A DNA stretch of 63,758 nt, the filler included, from Aduncisulcus paluster (lineage: Eukaryota), in the NCBI GenBank assembly GCA_024181965.1. It is 5 parts of 5 records of this genome, joined end to end, with 100 filler letters (N's around TTAATTAATTAA, not from the genome) between each part and the next. Parts side by side here need not be neighbours in the genome. Positions count along the whole stretch, not along the records: positions 1 to 19,760 come from BQXS01009968.1; 4 more parts are not named here. The stretch is one strand, 5' to 3'. The notes beneath the pieces were generated by a model. It made no database searches. It was given only the letters and a program-made list of their open reading frames with translations, and was not told the DNA's origin. Position 1 is the stretch's first letter. The number at the start of each line of letters is the position of its first letter. Made by a program: the position numbers and the translations under genes. This document shows positions 1-10,700 of this stretch, in pieces.

Positions 1-2683
1 TTTTTGACTGAGATTCAGATTCTTCCTCGTCCGTCGAAGGTCTCAGTTGCTCGGGAGCAAGTGAATAAATACTTCCGACAACATCAGTGACTTCAATTAG
101 ATCTGATTTATCCTCGAAGATCCTTGATAATCCAAAATCACACAGTTGGACATTTCCATTGTTGTCAAGTAATATGTTCTCAAGACGGATATCTCGGTGA
201 ACAATGTGTTGAGTATGCATGTGATGGACAGCACACAAAAGTTGATAGAAATAAAACCTCGCAACACTCTCAGAAATGTGTGTATTTTGAATGTATGAAT
301 GCAGACTTCCTCCTCCACAGAGCTGCATGACAATATAAATATAATTACTGCTCTCCATCACCTCTATTAAGTTGACAATATTATCGTGTGAGAGATGGGA
401 CATAATGTGGATCTCGTTATCAGTCTGAGATGATACATCACTATTGTTCTTGCTGACAACTTTGATAGCAACCGCAGCGGGAGGAGCTTTAGGAGTGGAA
501 ATGACATCAGTGTTCACAGCATACTTAACAATACCTTGGGCACCGTATCCAAGAGTCCGACTGAGGAGATAATGACCAACTTTTCGCTGATGCGCTCCAG
601 CCCATTTGAAATGAATAGTGTATTCGTGAAGAATGAGATCAGCTAAAACCTCAAACTCTTCCTTACTAAGTTTTCCTGAACAGTCAAAATCAAACTCTGC
701 AAGCACATTCTTGGCCAGGGGAAGACCATTGGTGAGACCAGTCAACTCGGCACGTTTCACAGCTCGTTCAAGCTTGGTCGACTCATCTTGAGGGGACAAG
801 AAAATGCTATATCCGCCATGAATTGTCCCATGTGGAGAAGTACGGTCGTCATAATCAGGTTCTAAGGCGGGTGGGGTGAGTGCTTTCTTCGATACTCCTT
901 CAATCTGACGTTTGAGAGCTCCAGACAACTTTGAATAGGGCGTGATTGTCTGGGCTGATGGAAGAACAGATCCAGGGTTTATAGTGTGTTTTGTTCGAGG
1001 AATTGTGAGTGTAGAGCTTGCTAATTTATCGAATGCTGAGGAAGTGGCAGAAGAAGTACTGGAAGTGGCAGAAGAAGCTGAAACGGAGTAAGGGTCAGCT
1101 TTTGAGGGTGAATGTTGTTTCTTCTTATCATAATCCACTTCTCCTTCGCTTTCTCGGCTTCCTTCACTGCCTCTCCGCATTTCATTGAGATTATTCTCTT
1201 GTTCTCTTTTGAGCATTGGTCTCATAAATGTGAATGTTTCGCAGGGAATACCATCTGTGGCAATAAAATCGAGCAAATATCCAAGTTCCTGTTCATTTAT
1301 ACTTGCACTCTTGTCCACATCGGCCACATTAAACATCCACTCGATATAGGCACTTCTCTTGGTTTCATCCTCCATTTCGGCTAAAAAGGATTCAATTGTC
1401 TTCGGATCATGCATAAGACGTTTTCTTTTACCTTCAGACACCATGAAATGGACATCTCCGCTCCCAAGTTCCTGAGATATTGGTTGTTCAATCACCGGTT
1501 TGTGTGTAATAGGCCCAGATGAGGACCTGTGGAACTCTTTTCCTTCATCAGTATCTTCGATATCTCCGATTACTCCCCATTCATCACTGTCACACTCACT
1601 TTCAACCCTTCGACGACGAGGAATGGCAGAAGGCTTACGTCCCTGTGGCGTTGAAACAGTCAAACTATGGATCCAGTCAGCGCTCTGTGCCGATACACTA
1701 CTCTTATCAGTTGTAGACCCACCAATACCAGTAGAAGCATCCCCAGGTTCAGCACGTCTCCACTTTCGAGTCTCAGACTTGAACTCACCTGGGACAAGCG
1801 ATGATTCGTGTCCCTCTTCTCGATGATATCTCCTATCATCTTCACTCAACATCATTTCGGATAACCTGTCCTCTTCCTTACTAATGACACTGAGTGCAGC
1901 GATAGCAGAATTATACTCGGCACCTTCCTCATGCTTATACGTCACAGTGATGAAATTCTCTTCTTCTGTCACAGATGGAGATATTGACGAAGAGGAACTC
2001 AAGTCATCGGTCTCAGATTCGGTTTCTGGCGGTGAAATGTTACTCAAGACGTGCATGGCCATAGGGAGAGTAACAGGGGGGGATGGAGAGGACGATTGAT
2101 GTTTCAACGATCGACTGGTCGAAAAATCGTTATAATCATCATCATAGTTTGATTTTCTGAGACAGCAACATGGGAAAAGAGAGCATTTAGGTTTAGACTT
2201 AGTACGAGAGGATTTGAGATATCCAGAACTAGAATGAATATCTACGGTTTTATGAAATGAAGCCCCAACACTTTTTGGAATCGAAACTGAAGCCACTTCA
2301 TCAAGAAGAGGCCGTAGAGATGAAGTTGAAGCTCTTCTACCACAACCACATCCTGCAGTGATAGAAGATGAAGAAATGCTGTGCGTCAATTCATCATGGT
2401 GCTCCCTTTCATGTGCCTTTTTGTGTAATTTAGCATAATATCCCACGTAGGATGAAAATTCTTCATAAGTCAGGTTTCCTCCCTTGGATTTATCAGCAGC
2501 ACGCAAAAAGAGAAGAGATCCAACCTTGAAGGATGGATCCTCGCGGTCAAGAGCAGCTAACTTGTCAATCGTCAATCCAAGTGATGGATCTTGTGATCCA
2601 GTCATATATTTATCATATAAATTTCTTGTAATCCTTTCTTTGGTTTCATCTGTTACTTTATGATGGGAAGAAACACTTCCCAT
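1..2683 (-). CDS. N-myristoylated EF-hand protein fused to a C-terminal CAMK-group (SNF1/CIPK-like) Ser/Thr kinase; 3' end runs off the window
   Basis: Hand translation from ATG at 2683 gives MGSVSS. EF loops: DKSKGGNLTYEEF, WMFNVADVDKSASINEQEL (~1290-1340), DFDCSGKLSKEEF (~650-690). Kinase motifs in the same frame: LGYGAQGIVK, VAIK, HRDIRLENILL, DFG, APE. Absent from the ORF track, consistent with no stop inside the window. Confidence 0.88.
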   Translation of the reverse strand, partial: MGSVSSHHKVTDETKERITRNLYDKYMTGSQDPSLGLTIDKLAALDREDPSFKVGSLLFLRAADKSKGGNLTYEEFSSYVGYYAKLHKKAHEREHHDELTHSISSSSITAGCGCGRRASTSSLRPLLDEVASVSIPKSVGASFHKTVDIHSSSGYLKSSRTKSKPKCSLFPCCCLRKSNYDDDYNDFSTSRSLKHQSSSPSPPVTLPMAMHVLSNISPPETESETDDLSSSSSISPSVTEEENFITVTYKHEEGAEYNSAIAALSVISKEEDRLSEMMLSEDDRRYHREEGHESSLVPGEFKSETRKWRRAEPGDASTGIGGSTTDKSSVSAQSADWIHSLTVSTPQGRKPSAIPRRRRVESECDSDEWGVIGDIEDTDEGKEFHRSSSGPITHKPVIEQPISQELGSGDVHFMVSEGKRKRLMHDPKTIESFLAEMEDETKRSAYIEWMFNVADVDKSASINEQELGYLLDFIATDGIPCETFTFMRPMLKREQENNLNEMRRGSEGSRESEGEVDYDKKKQHSPSKADPYSVSASSATSSTSSATSSAFDKLASSTLTIPRTKHTINPGSVLPSAQTITPYSKLSGALKRQIEGVSKKALTPPALEPDYDDRTSPHGTIHGGYSIFLSPQDESTKLERAVKRAELTGLTNGLPLAKNVLAEFDFDCSGKLSKEEFEVLADLILHEYTIHFKWAGAHQRKVGHYLLSRTLGYGAQGIVKYAVNTDVISTPKAPPAAVAIKVVSKNNSDVSSQTDNEIHIMSHLSHDNIVNLIEVMESSNYIYIVMQLCGGGSLHSYIQNTHISESVARFYFYQLLCAVHHMHTQHIVHRDIRLENILLDNNGNVQLCDFGLSRIFEDKSDLIEVTDVVGSIYSLAPEQLRPSTDEEESESQSK

Positions 2684-3043
2684 GAAGGATTTCCAATCAA
2701 AAAGAATGCTTTGGAAGAAGTTCTTCCAGAATCAGCAAATCACAGAATTAGGAAGTAAACATAATTAAAAATCCATGATTTATCGATTTTAGTTATTTTA
2801 AATAAATGGTATAGTCAACCCTGACCTCAGAAACTTTCTGTGAGACAATTGAATTGTGGCCACTCTCTCGCTGCACTAGCCAAATATTTTCCAAAATTTT
2901 GATTGATCAAAGCATAACAACTAACATTTATTGTTTAAAAATAATGTATATTGATTCAAAAGACAAATTTTTGGATTTTGTCAGTTTTTCCTGCAGAATC
3001 AAATATTTTAAAGAGAAGATATTTTCTATTTAATTAATTTACC

Positions 3044-5020
3044 ATGCAATTAGAATCAATTAGGTCAGAATTAGATGAAATTCGGCGCCAAATTGTTGAT
3101 AGAGAGGATTTGTTTGTTGCCCGTGAAAAAAAAATGAGGGATGAAATAGATGCCATCTCTCGCAAAAACAGGAGTTTGGAAGAACGTTTATATACAGTTG
3201 CACGCCTTGAAAAATCTGTTGAAAGCCTATATGGAGAAGTGTCAAAAATCGATTCTCCTACACCAGAACTTGAAAAACAGAAAAGAGTGATAGCGTATTT
3301 AGCTCAAAATAATGACAATTTAACAGCTGAAATTGCTTCTCTAAAGTCTGAAGCAAAAACTCAGGGTCAATATATATCCAAATTAACAGAAACCACTAAT
3401 GATTTTATTGAAAGCACCACATCATACGTTAAAGCTGAAATAGAGAGACTTTCATCAAAAAAAGCTGATAAAAGCATTGTTGCAGCTGCTTTAAAGAAGA
3501 AACCTGGCAAATCATATCTTGATGAAGTATTGTCTGGAAAAGTTGATCTGGATCAATTTGAATCTTCATTAAACGATCATTTCATATGCATTAAGAGAGA
3601 AATGGAAGAATTTCAGAAGAAAGTTATTGAGGAAGTGGATAAAATCAAAATAGACACTCAAAAAGGTATACAGAGTGCTTCGGCCAAAAGTCACTCAATT
3701 GATGCCCAAATGAATGCCAACATTAAAGATGCTGAGGAAAGAATCTATGATATGATTCAAAATAACGAAAGTTTATTTCTGAAGCGAATAGAATCCCAAA
3801 AAGAGGAAACACTATCTTTGTTAACGCATTCTGAAACTCAAGTTAAACGTGATATTAAACAGATCATTGCACAATCCAAAGAAGCATATGATGTTGCCAA
3901 GACAGCCGAAAGAAAAGCTGCTCTTGCTCAAACAAAATCTGATGAAAGTCGACGTGTATGTGAGACAATTGAAGACAATATTCGGCAAGAACTCCGCCAA
4001 TTAACTCATTTTTCGAAGCAATCGCGAGAAATGATGAATGTGGTTGAAAGTACTCTTACCCAAAGTGTTTCTCAATCTCTTGAGAAACAAGCTGAAGGCT
4101 TTTCAATGATTCAGAAAGATATTCATGTTCTCGAAACCCGTCTCAGTCAGAAATCAAATTCATCCACGACCGATGAGCTCCGAAAGACTTTGGAAGAATT
4201 GTCTGAAACTGTTCGTCGCTCTCGAGAGGATCTTGGAATAAGTATTGATAATTCAATGAGTCGAATCGATTCTGTTCGAGATGGTGTTCTTGCTGAACTT
4301 GAGCGAAGGACCGAAGAATTGATTGAGAGGGGCGAAGTCAAGGATATTGTTAATGGAGTTGAGAAAGAAGCTAGAGATTTGATTGAGGAATCTACAAATC
4401 ACGTAGAAGAAATCATCAAGAAAGATGTACAGAGAATTCGTGAAGATTTTGATGATAAATTGCTTCATAAAGCCGATGTTTCCGAAGTTACGAGACAATG
4501 TTCTCAAAGAGCCTCAAAAAGGGATTTGGCGTCTATTGCCACCCATATTAAGTCATTCCCAACGATTTCTGAAGTCAAAGATGCCGCATTTGCTGCTCAT
4601 AAAACACGTGATTATGTTGACAAGCTTCTTGACGGTTGGAAACGTGAAATGATGACAAAACTTGATGACAGAGTGTTCCAAAGTGTTACTGAGAGAATTC
4701 AAAGGATTGATATTGCAAACGAGAGCCGATTTGTCCGGTTAGAGACAGCCTTGGCCGTTCGTGGTGGAATTTCTAGTGCTTCCGCTAGCGCTGTCCCCAG
4801 CTCTTCCTTCGATCCTCCCAGAGGTTATCCTTCTCGCGATGACATTGGAGTGTCGATGCTTGAACGTGTCAAGGAGATTGAACAGACTATTCGAAGGCTT
4901 AATATTGATATTCGAAGGATGATGACAGAAAAGATATCCATTACTGAACTGAAATTGCTGATGGATAACAAACTTAAAGAAATCAAAGTGTGGGTAGAAA
5001 CAAGATTAAGATCAATCTAA
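3044..5020 (+). CDS. Coiled-coil protein of unknown function
   Basis: 658-aa ATG ORF, E/K/L/Q-rich heptad pattern throughout. Confidence 0.8.
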   Translation: MQLESIRSELDEIRRQIVDREDLFVAREKKMRDEIDAISRKNRSLEERLYTVARLEKSVESLYGEVSKIDSPTPELEKQKRVIAYLAQNNDNLTAEIASLKSEAKTQGQYISKLTETTNDFIESTTSYVKAEIERLSSKKADKSIVAAALKKKPGKSYLDEVLSGKVDLDQFESSLNDHFICIKREMEEFQKKVIEEVDKIKIDTQKGIQSASAKSHSIDAQMNANIKDAEERIYDMIQNNESLFLKRIESQKEETLSLLTHSETQVKRDIKQIIAQSKEAYDVAKTAERKAALAQTKSDESRRVCETIEDNIRQELRQLTHFSKQSREMMNVVESTLTQSVSQSLEKQAEGFSMIQKDIHVLETRLSQKSNSSTTDELRKTLEELSETVRRSREDLGISIDNSMSRIDSVRDGVLAELERRTEELIERGEVKDIVNGVEKEARDLIEESTNHVEEIIKKDVQRIREDFDDKLLHKADVSEVTRQCSQRASKRDLASIATHIKSFPTISEVKDAAFAAHKTRDYVDKLLDGWKREMMTKLDDRVFQSVTERIQRIDIANESRFVRLETALAVRGGISSASASAVPSSSFDPPRGYPSRDDIGVSMLERVKEIEQTIRRLNIDIRRMMTEKISITELKLLMDNKLKEIKVWVETRLRSI

Positions 5021-5573
5021 GATTTTCCCTGAATTTATGCTTTTTTTTTTTTTCTGATTTATTCCTGTAATCTCCAGATCACAATTGGCTACACCTTATA
5101 CCACCTCGAAAGGCAATAACACAGAGGTGAAAAATAAATGATCATTGGTCAAGGTCAAGAACAGGGCTAGAAGAGCCTCCCAATAAAACCTCCCGCCTGA
5201 AAAAATGCGTTTGTAATTTGGCAAAATTTACAATTTCCTTCTTTGTCACATATTCATTTTCCACAAATTATTACTGCGTTGTTTTACTGCTGATACGTTT
5301 TATTCATTGAAAGTTGACCCATAGAGGATGAATTAAAGGTGTTTTACAGGTTTTCAGTTATTCTTCATTGAAGACAAACCGTTTTGCTTTGTATGCACCG
5401 GAGATCGTTAATCATTGCATAACTGATGTATCTTGATGATTTTTATGCATGATTTATGTCTTCTTTTCATTTGAAACTCAGGGATCTTGTTGAACCAAAT
5501 TCAGATTCTTACCTGTTTACTTATCGAAACTAGTGTTATTTATTGGTCTACATCTGAGATTTATAATTTAAGT

Positions 5574-5870
5574 TCATTTGTGTGTCTGAGTGATGTGCTG
5601 AGTCACTTCATCTACTTGCAATTCATTGGCATTCCGGCAATCTGGAAGCTTTTCAAGCTCTAATTTAAACAGGGGTGCTTCAAGAGCTTCCGAAGCAAGT
5701 GGTCTCTTATCGGGGCTAAAAGCAAGACAATCGAGACAAAGTTGGTACATTTCGTCAGGAATTAAACCCTTCAATCCAGGATTAAGTTCATCACATGCAT
5801 ATCTTAAGGAGGCAATACTCTTCCCCATTGCATGTTCACTTGAAGGCATTGGAACATCCGTCCCTGTCTG
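5574..5870 (-). other. Duplicated 3' end of the Cdc7-like gene at 8975-10204 (contig overlap next to a 20-N gap)
   Basis: 5560-5870 appears identical by eye to 8960-9271, including the 3' flank. Confidence 0.85.
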
Positions 5871-5890
5871 NNNNNNNNNNNNNNNNNNNN

Positions 5891-7751
5891 CCATTGGATC
5901 AATTGATGTTCCAGTGATTGGATGTGATTTAGAAGCCTTCTTTGATACAGGTTTGCCGGAACTAGTACTTGCCCCTGGTTTCTTTGTGGAAGAAGAACCA
6001 GAACCACTCCTAGGAATCCTTAGACGGTATGAGGAACTTCTGTGTGGACCAGTCGAGGTTGAGTGTTTAGCATGGTTCTGTGATTGTCCACTATGCACTC
6101 GAGACTTCTTCTTGTGGTTATCACCCTGCATTTTCTTCACCTTTTCACGTCTGTATTCCTCACATCTGCTCCATTTTCTCATCTTCTCCTTCATAACATG
6201 TGAAGTGTTTGACATATGCTCATAGATATGTGTGAAAGCATAGTTGAGCTGAGGTTTTGGATTGGTAACAAACTTCTCGGAATCTCCACATGTGAGAACA
6301 GGAATGATGCCACGAAAGGCACATCTGAGAGCTTCAAGCTGGACCTCTTGCATAGAATCATTCAGCTGTAGGGAGAGAGAAGAACTCAGAAGCGAGAGAA
6401 GGGAGATAACTTGAAGCGAGAAGGGTATATTGGGCTTCATCATGGGATGGGAATGTCCTTTAGAAACTGAAGAAGGAGAGGAAGAAGAAGAGGAAGAAGA
6501 GGAAGAAGAGATGGGACTATGACCAATAAGAGGTTTAATATCGACGCTTGTACTTATCTGATCTCCCATTACACATCCGCAGAAGAGAACGGCATTGAAT
6601 AGACGTTCGTTTGCACCAACAATGGCATGTCGAACAACATCGCGGTGATCATCAGATAATTTAAATAATTGATAAGATAAAAATAGAATTTTTGAGAAAG
6701 ATGAAGAAATTAATGAAATACCGTCATAATAATGAGGAGACGAACTGTGATGCTGAGTTCCACTGACTCTTCTTACCGACGATGGCATTCTATCCGAGAA
6801 AAATGGAATATTGGCAGTCACTATAGTCGCAGTTGTCATGGATACTGCAACGAGACTGGACGCTAAAAACACACTAATAGACGCAATATTTGAAAACAAA
6901 GCAAGGGAGACTGACAGTGACAGCGATGAAGCACCAGATGGACCTACTCGCTTGCCAGCAGGATCGCCAGTTCGTCCTTTGCCTTCGCCTGAAAGATGCT
7001 GTGAACAGAGCGTTTCAAACAGCCTATCTACTTTTTCTAACGCTAATATCATGAGTTTGTTGCACATAATGGCAGACAAATAACGCGATTTGATCTTTTT
7101 CCTAAGAAGCTGGCCCACAGAATCATTAGCAGCCAGACCTTTTGGAGAGGCATTCACGAGAAGATGGCTCACCAGAGCGGTCTCGTGAGTGTTTCGAGCA
7201 GATGCATAAACACAGGAAATTCCAGTGCAACCAATACCAATACAATATTCCAATGTATAACGCTCTTCATCAGTTAGCTCAATATCTATGTCTTTTTGGG
7301 TAATTTTTGGTGTATGGACAAAAGATTTTTGATGGTGGGTGGCCTGTTCATGTTGAATTTGAACAGTGACAAAATAATCAACAATTTTTATACAAAATGA
7401 CAAAAGCAGTTGACACCACTTGATAGATGGATTCGTTTTAGAATTCGAAATAAAATCACCAATAATTAATAAAATTTTCGAGAGAATTCGTACTTTGGGG
7501 GAAACAAAAGAGATAATACTTGAACTAAGCCCTTCCAATACTTGTGAGAAAGATATTCTACATAAAGGCTCCAATTGTGTTAAAAACGCTTGTTGGATTC
7601 CAATGTGATGAATTTGTTTCAAATATAAATGTATTTTCTGTCGAACGGAACAAGAATCTGGAAAAGATACTTCAACCACAGGTTCTGGTTGTTTAAATTC
7701 CTTTTTCTTTTTTAAATAGCTATATTCATCAATTTCCTCAAAAAAATTCAT
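5891..7751 (-). CDS. Hypothetical helical, Ser-rich protein, 3'-truncated at a gap
   Basis: Long open frame from ATG at 7751 (MNFFEEID) to the gap. The kinase tail in the ORF track comes from reading across Ns. Confidence 0.7.
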
Positions 7752-8270
7752 GATGAAAATACCTATTCCGACGAAAACGTGACAGGGCAGTTTCGCGACA
7801 TACATATGGCAGTCTAGAAAGTTTATTCCCATTTCAATCAAAAAAGTATTTTATTTAGAGGCGATTGATTTAGAAAAATAACAAGATATCATCCGTATTA
7901 TTAATACAGTGCAACGGAAACACAGAGAAAGAACAAAACTGGTCCAATGGAAATGGTCCGCCCACGACAGTTTGGCAAGTACTCTATTGCTCATCTGAAG
8001 AGCCCGTCGATGAAGCTCGCCGATGGCCAATCCATAAAAAATAAAAAAAGAACACAACAAAAACCGAGAAATGCATAGACATTAATCACTTAAAATATAA
8101 TGAAGAACAGCTTCAATACAATCATCATCAAACTAGATCTAAAACAAAAAATAATAATACATGAGAAAATTGATTCAACCAGGACAAAAATAGAAAGATG
8201 AGACAATTAGAATATAGAAAAATAAAATGCATTGAAATATAATCCAGACAATTGTAGCAGTTTATCAAGA

Positions 8271-8939
8271 TCATTTCCTGTCTTGAGTAACTTGCATGAC
8301 AGCTTCATCGACCGCAAGCTCGTTGGGATGGCGATAATCTGGGAGTTTCTCACGGGGCAGTTTGAATAAGCTGTGTGCAAGAGCTTCAGAAGCAAGTGGA
8401 CGTTGGTCTGGACAGAAAGTCAGACAATCAAGACATAGTTCATACATTTCATCGGGAACAAGGCCAGTGAGTCCAGGATTCAGATCTGCACATGCCTCTT
8501 TCAACGACTTGACATTACGGCCCATGCTTGAGGAGGACGATGGCATTGGAACATCTGTTCCTGTGACAACAATGTCAGATCCAAGGGCAACACACCCCTT
8601 AAGGAAAGCATCGGTGCCAATGAAAGCCCTGATGGCCATAATCTCGTATGCATCACCAGTCTCAATGCCTCTAAACAAAGATCCTCGACCTACAAGGAAG
8701 CAGAGCAAAATTACACCAACACACCACACATCTATCTTTGTATCTTGAATACGAACAGGAATAAGCACCTCGGGGGCCCTATAACCATGGGTACCACTCC
8801 TTGGTTGGGCTGGAAGTAAGGGGGATCGAAGAGACAAGGTGCTGACAATATCTGGAACACCACAGGCCTCAACAGGGATCTCTCGAGGACGAACACGGGA
8901 TGGATTGGGCTGTGATAGACGTGAGGGGCGACCATCACC
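8271..8939 (-). CDS. CDC7: Cdc7-like kinase paralog B, C-terminal part (N-terminal part at 14602-15502)
   Basis: RSGTHGYRAPEVL, QDTKIDVWCVGVILLCFL, DQRPLASEALAHSLF. Overlaps the 14602-14903 sequence, and its C-terminus differs from paralog A. Confidence 0.75.
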   Translation of the reverse strand, partial: GDGRPSRLSQPNPSRVRPREIPVEACGVPDIVSTLSLRSPLLPAQPRSGTHGYRAPEVLIPVRIQDTKIDVWCVGVILLCFLVGRGSLFRGIETGDAYEIMAIRAFIGTDAFLKGCVALGSDIVVTGTDVPMPSSSSSMGRNVKSLKEACADLNPGLTGLVPDEMYELCLDCLTFCPDQRPLASEALAHSLFKLPREKLPDYRHPNELAVDEAVMQVTQDRK

Positions 8940-8974
8940 NNNNNNNNNNNNNNNNNNNNATTTATAATTTAAGT

Positions 8975-10204
8975 TCATTTGTGTGTCTGAGTGATGTGCT
9001 GAGTCACTTCATCTACTTGCAATTCATTGGCATTCCGGCAATCTGGAAGCTTTTCAAGCTCTAATTTAAACAGGGGTGCTTCAAGAGCTTCCGAAGCAAG
9101 TGGTCTCTTATCGGGGCTAAAAGCAAGACAATCGAGACAAAGTTGGTACATTTCGTCAGGAATTAAACCCTTCAATCCAGGATTAAGTTCATCACATGCA
9201 TATCTTAAGGAGGCAATACTCTTCCCCATTGCATGTTCACTTGAAGGCATTGGAACATCCGTCCCTGTCTGTAATATATCAGCACCCAACTCTGCACACC
9301 CCTTAAGGAAAGCATCGGTGCCAATGAAAGCCCTGATGGCCATAATCTCGTATGCATCACCAGTCTCAATGCCTCTAAACAAAGATCCTCGACCTACAAG
9401 GAAGCAGAGCAAAATTACACCAACACACCACACATCTATCTTTGTATCTTGAATACGAACAGGAATAAGCACCTCGGGGGCCCTATAACCATGGGTACCA
9501 CTCCTTGGTTGGGCTGGAAGTAAGGGGGATCGAAGAGACAAGGTGCTGACAATATCTGGAACACCACAGGCCTCAACAGGGATCTCTCGAGGACGAACAC
9601 GGGATGGATTGGGCTGTGATAGACGTGAGGGGCGACCATCACCACGTTTCATGTATGCTGGGCCAGGCTTTTCACTTCTAACACGTATGAGGTGGAAATT
9701 ACGAGCATCTTCAAGAGATTGGGCAAGGCCGAAGTCAATGAGCAATCCTGTGCGAGATTTCCTTGAGAATAAGAAATTACCAGGTTTAACATCACGATGG
9801 ATTATTTTTTGATATTCACACTCTTTCAAAGCAATCAATAGGGATTTAATGTAATGGTAAATATCTAGAGGGGAGTATAATCGTAAACATGCCTTGAAAT
9901 CGTCACTTTCACAGAAAGAAGTGACAACAGTGGTCTGATATGACGATAAATCAATAATTATATCTTTTAATTGTACAATATTAGCTTTATCGAGAAATTT
10001 GTATAATAAACGAATCTCTCGTTCAATCGAACTCGGTTTAGAGGTTAGGCGAAGGCGTTTAATCGCAACTTTCTCCCCACCCGGGGTCATACCTAAATAA
10101 ACTCTCGAAAATGCTCCTTTTCCAATTTGTTGAATAACATGATATTTATAGGGATCGATTTCTGGGAAAATACGTTGAGATGAGTCTTTTTCAGCGTGCA
10201 TCAT
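8975..10204 (-). CDS. CDC7: Cdc7-like (DDK catalytic subunit) protein kinase, paralog A
   Basis: IGKGAFSRVY, VAIK, HRDVKPGNFL, LIDFGLA followed by an insert, then RSGTHGYRAPEVL..QDTKIDVW, matching the Cdc7 signature RAGTxGFRAPEVL..QTxxIDxW. Confidence 0.85.
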   Translation of the reverse strand: MMHAEKDSSQRIFPEIDPYKYHVIQQIGKGAFSRVYLGMTPGGEKVAIKRLRLTSKPSSIEREIRLLYKFLDKANIVQLKDIIIDLSSYQTTVVTSFCESDDFKACLRLYSPLDIYHYIKSLLIALKECEYQKIIHRDVKPGNFLFSRKSRTGLLIDFGLAQSLEDARNFHLIRVRSEKPGPAYMKRGDGRPSRLSQPNPSRVRPREIPVEACGVPDIVSTLSLRSPLLPAQPRSGTHGYRAPEVLIPVRIQDTKIDVWCVGVILLCFLVGRGSLFRGIETGDAYEIMAIRAFIGTDAFLKGCAELGADILQTGTDVPMPSSEHAMGKSIASLRYACDELNPGLKGLIPDEMYQLCLDCLAFSPDKRPLASEALEAPLFKLELEKLPDCRNANELQVDEVTQHITQTHK

Positions 10205-10700
10205 AATGATTTAACAATAAATTATTAAGTATATAATTGAAGAAACAAAACAATTAATATGGAATAATATTATACACAAATGGCGGGCCAAAACAAGCAG
10301 ATTCGGTATGAAGTTTTTTTTCACCATAGTTCTGATATATTACAACCATTAACGTTAATAAACAACATTAATATGATATTTAATCAATATTTATTTCATA
10401 ATAATAATTATTTAACGTGACGATCATGTCAATTCATGACAATTTCTTGTATTTTTAGCTATACATAATCCAATGGGATTATAGTGGCCATTTTCAATAA
10501 ATTATTAAAGGTATATCATGAGATTAATATTTACGACCCTCGGAATCAACGTATACTCTAGAGCTTCATTGGCATACAGAACAATTTTTTAAAAATATTA
10601 TTTTTGCTTAAATATATAGATAGTAATAAAATCTGTGCCATTTGCCATGTTTTGAACCTTTTTTTTAGGTAATCCTATTCAATAGTGATTTTGAGAGTCA

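Noticed and set aside
5138-5200. Possible box C/D snoRNA (ATGATCA...CTGA)
   Set aside because: Imperfect C box, no terminal stem and only a short rRNA-complementary stretch
5506-5516. ATTCTTACCTG resembling the U1 snRNA 5' end
   Set aside because: Downstream sequence is AT-rich with no U1 stems or Sm site
5574-7841. Apparent fusion of a novel protein to a kinase C-lobe (likewise the tail of 13310-14785)
   Set aside because: Produced by translating across 20-N gaps
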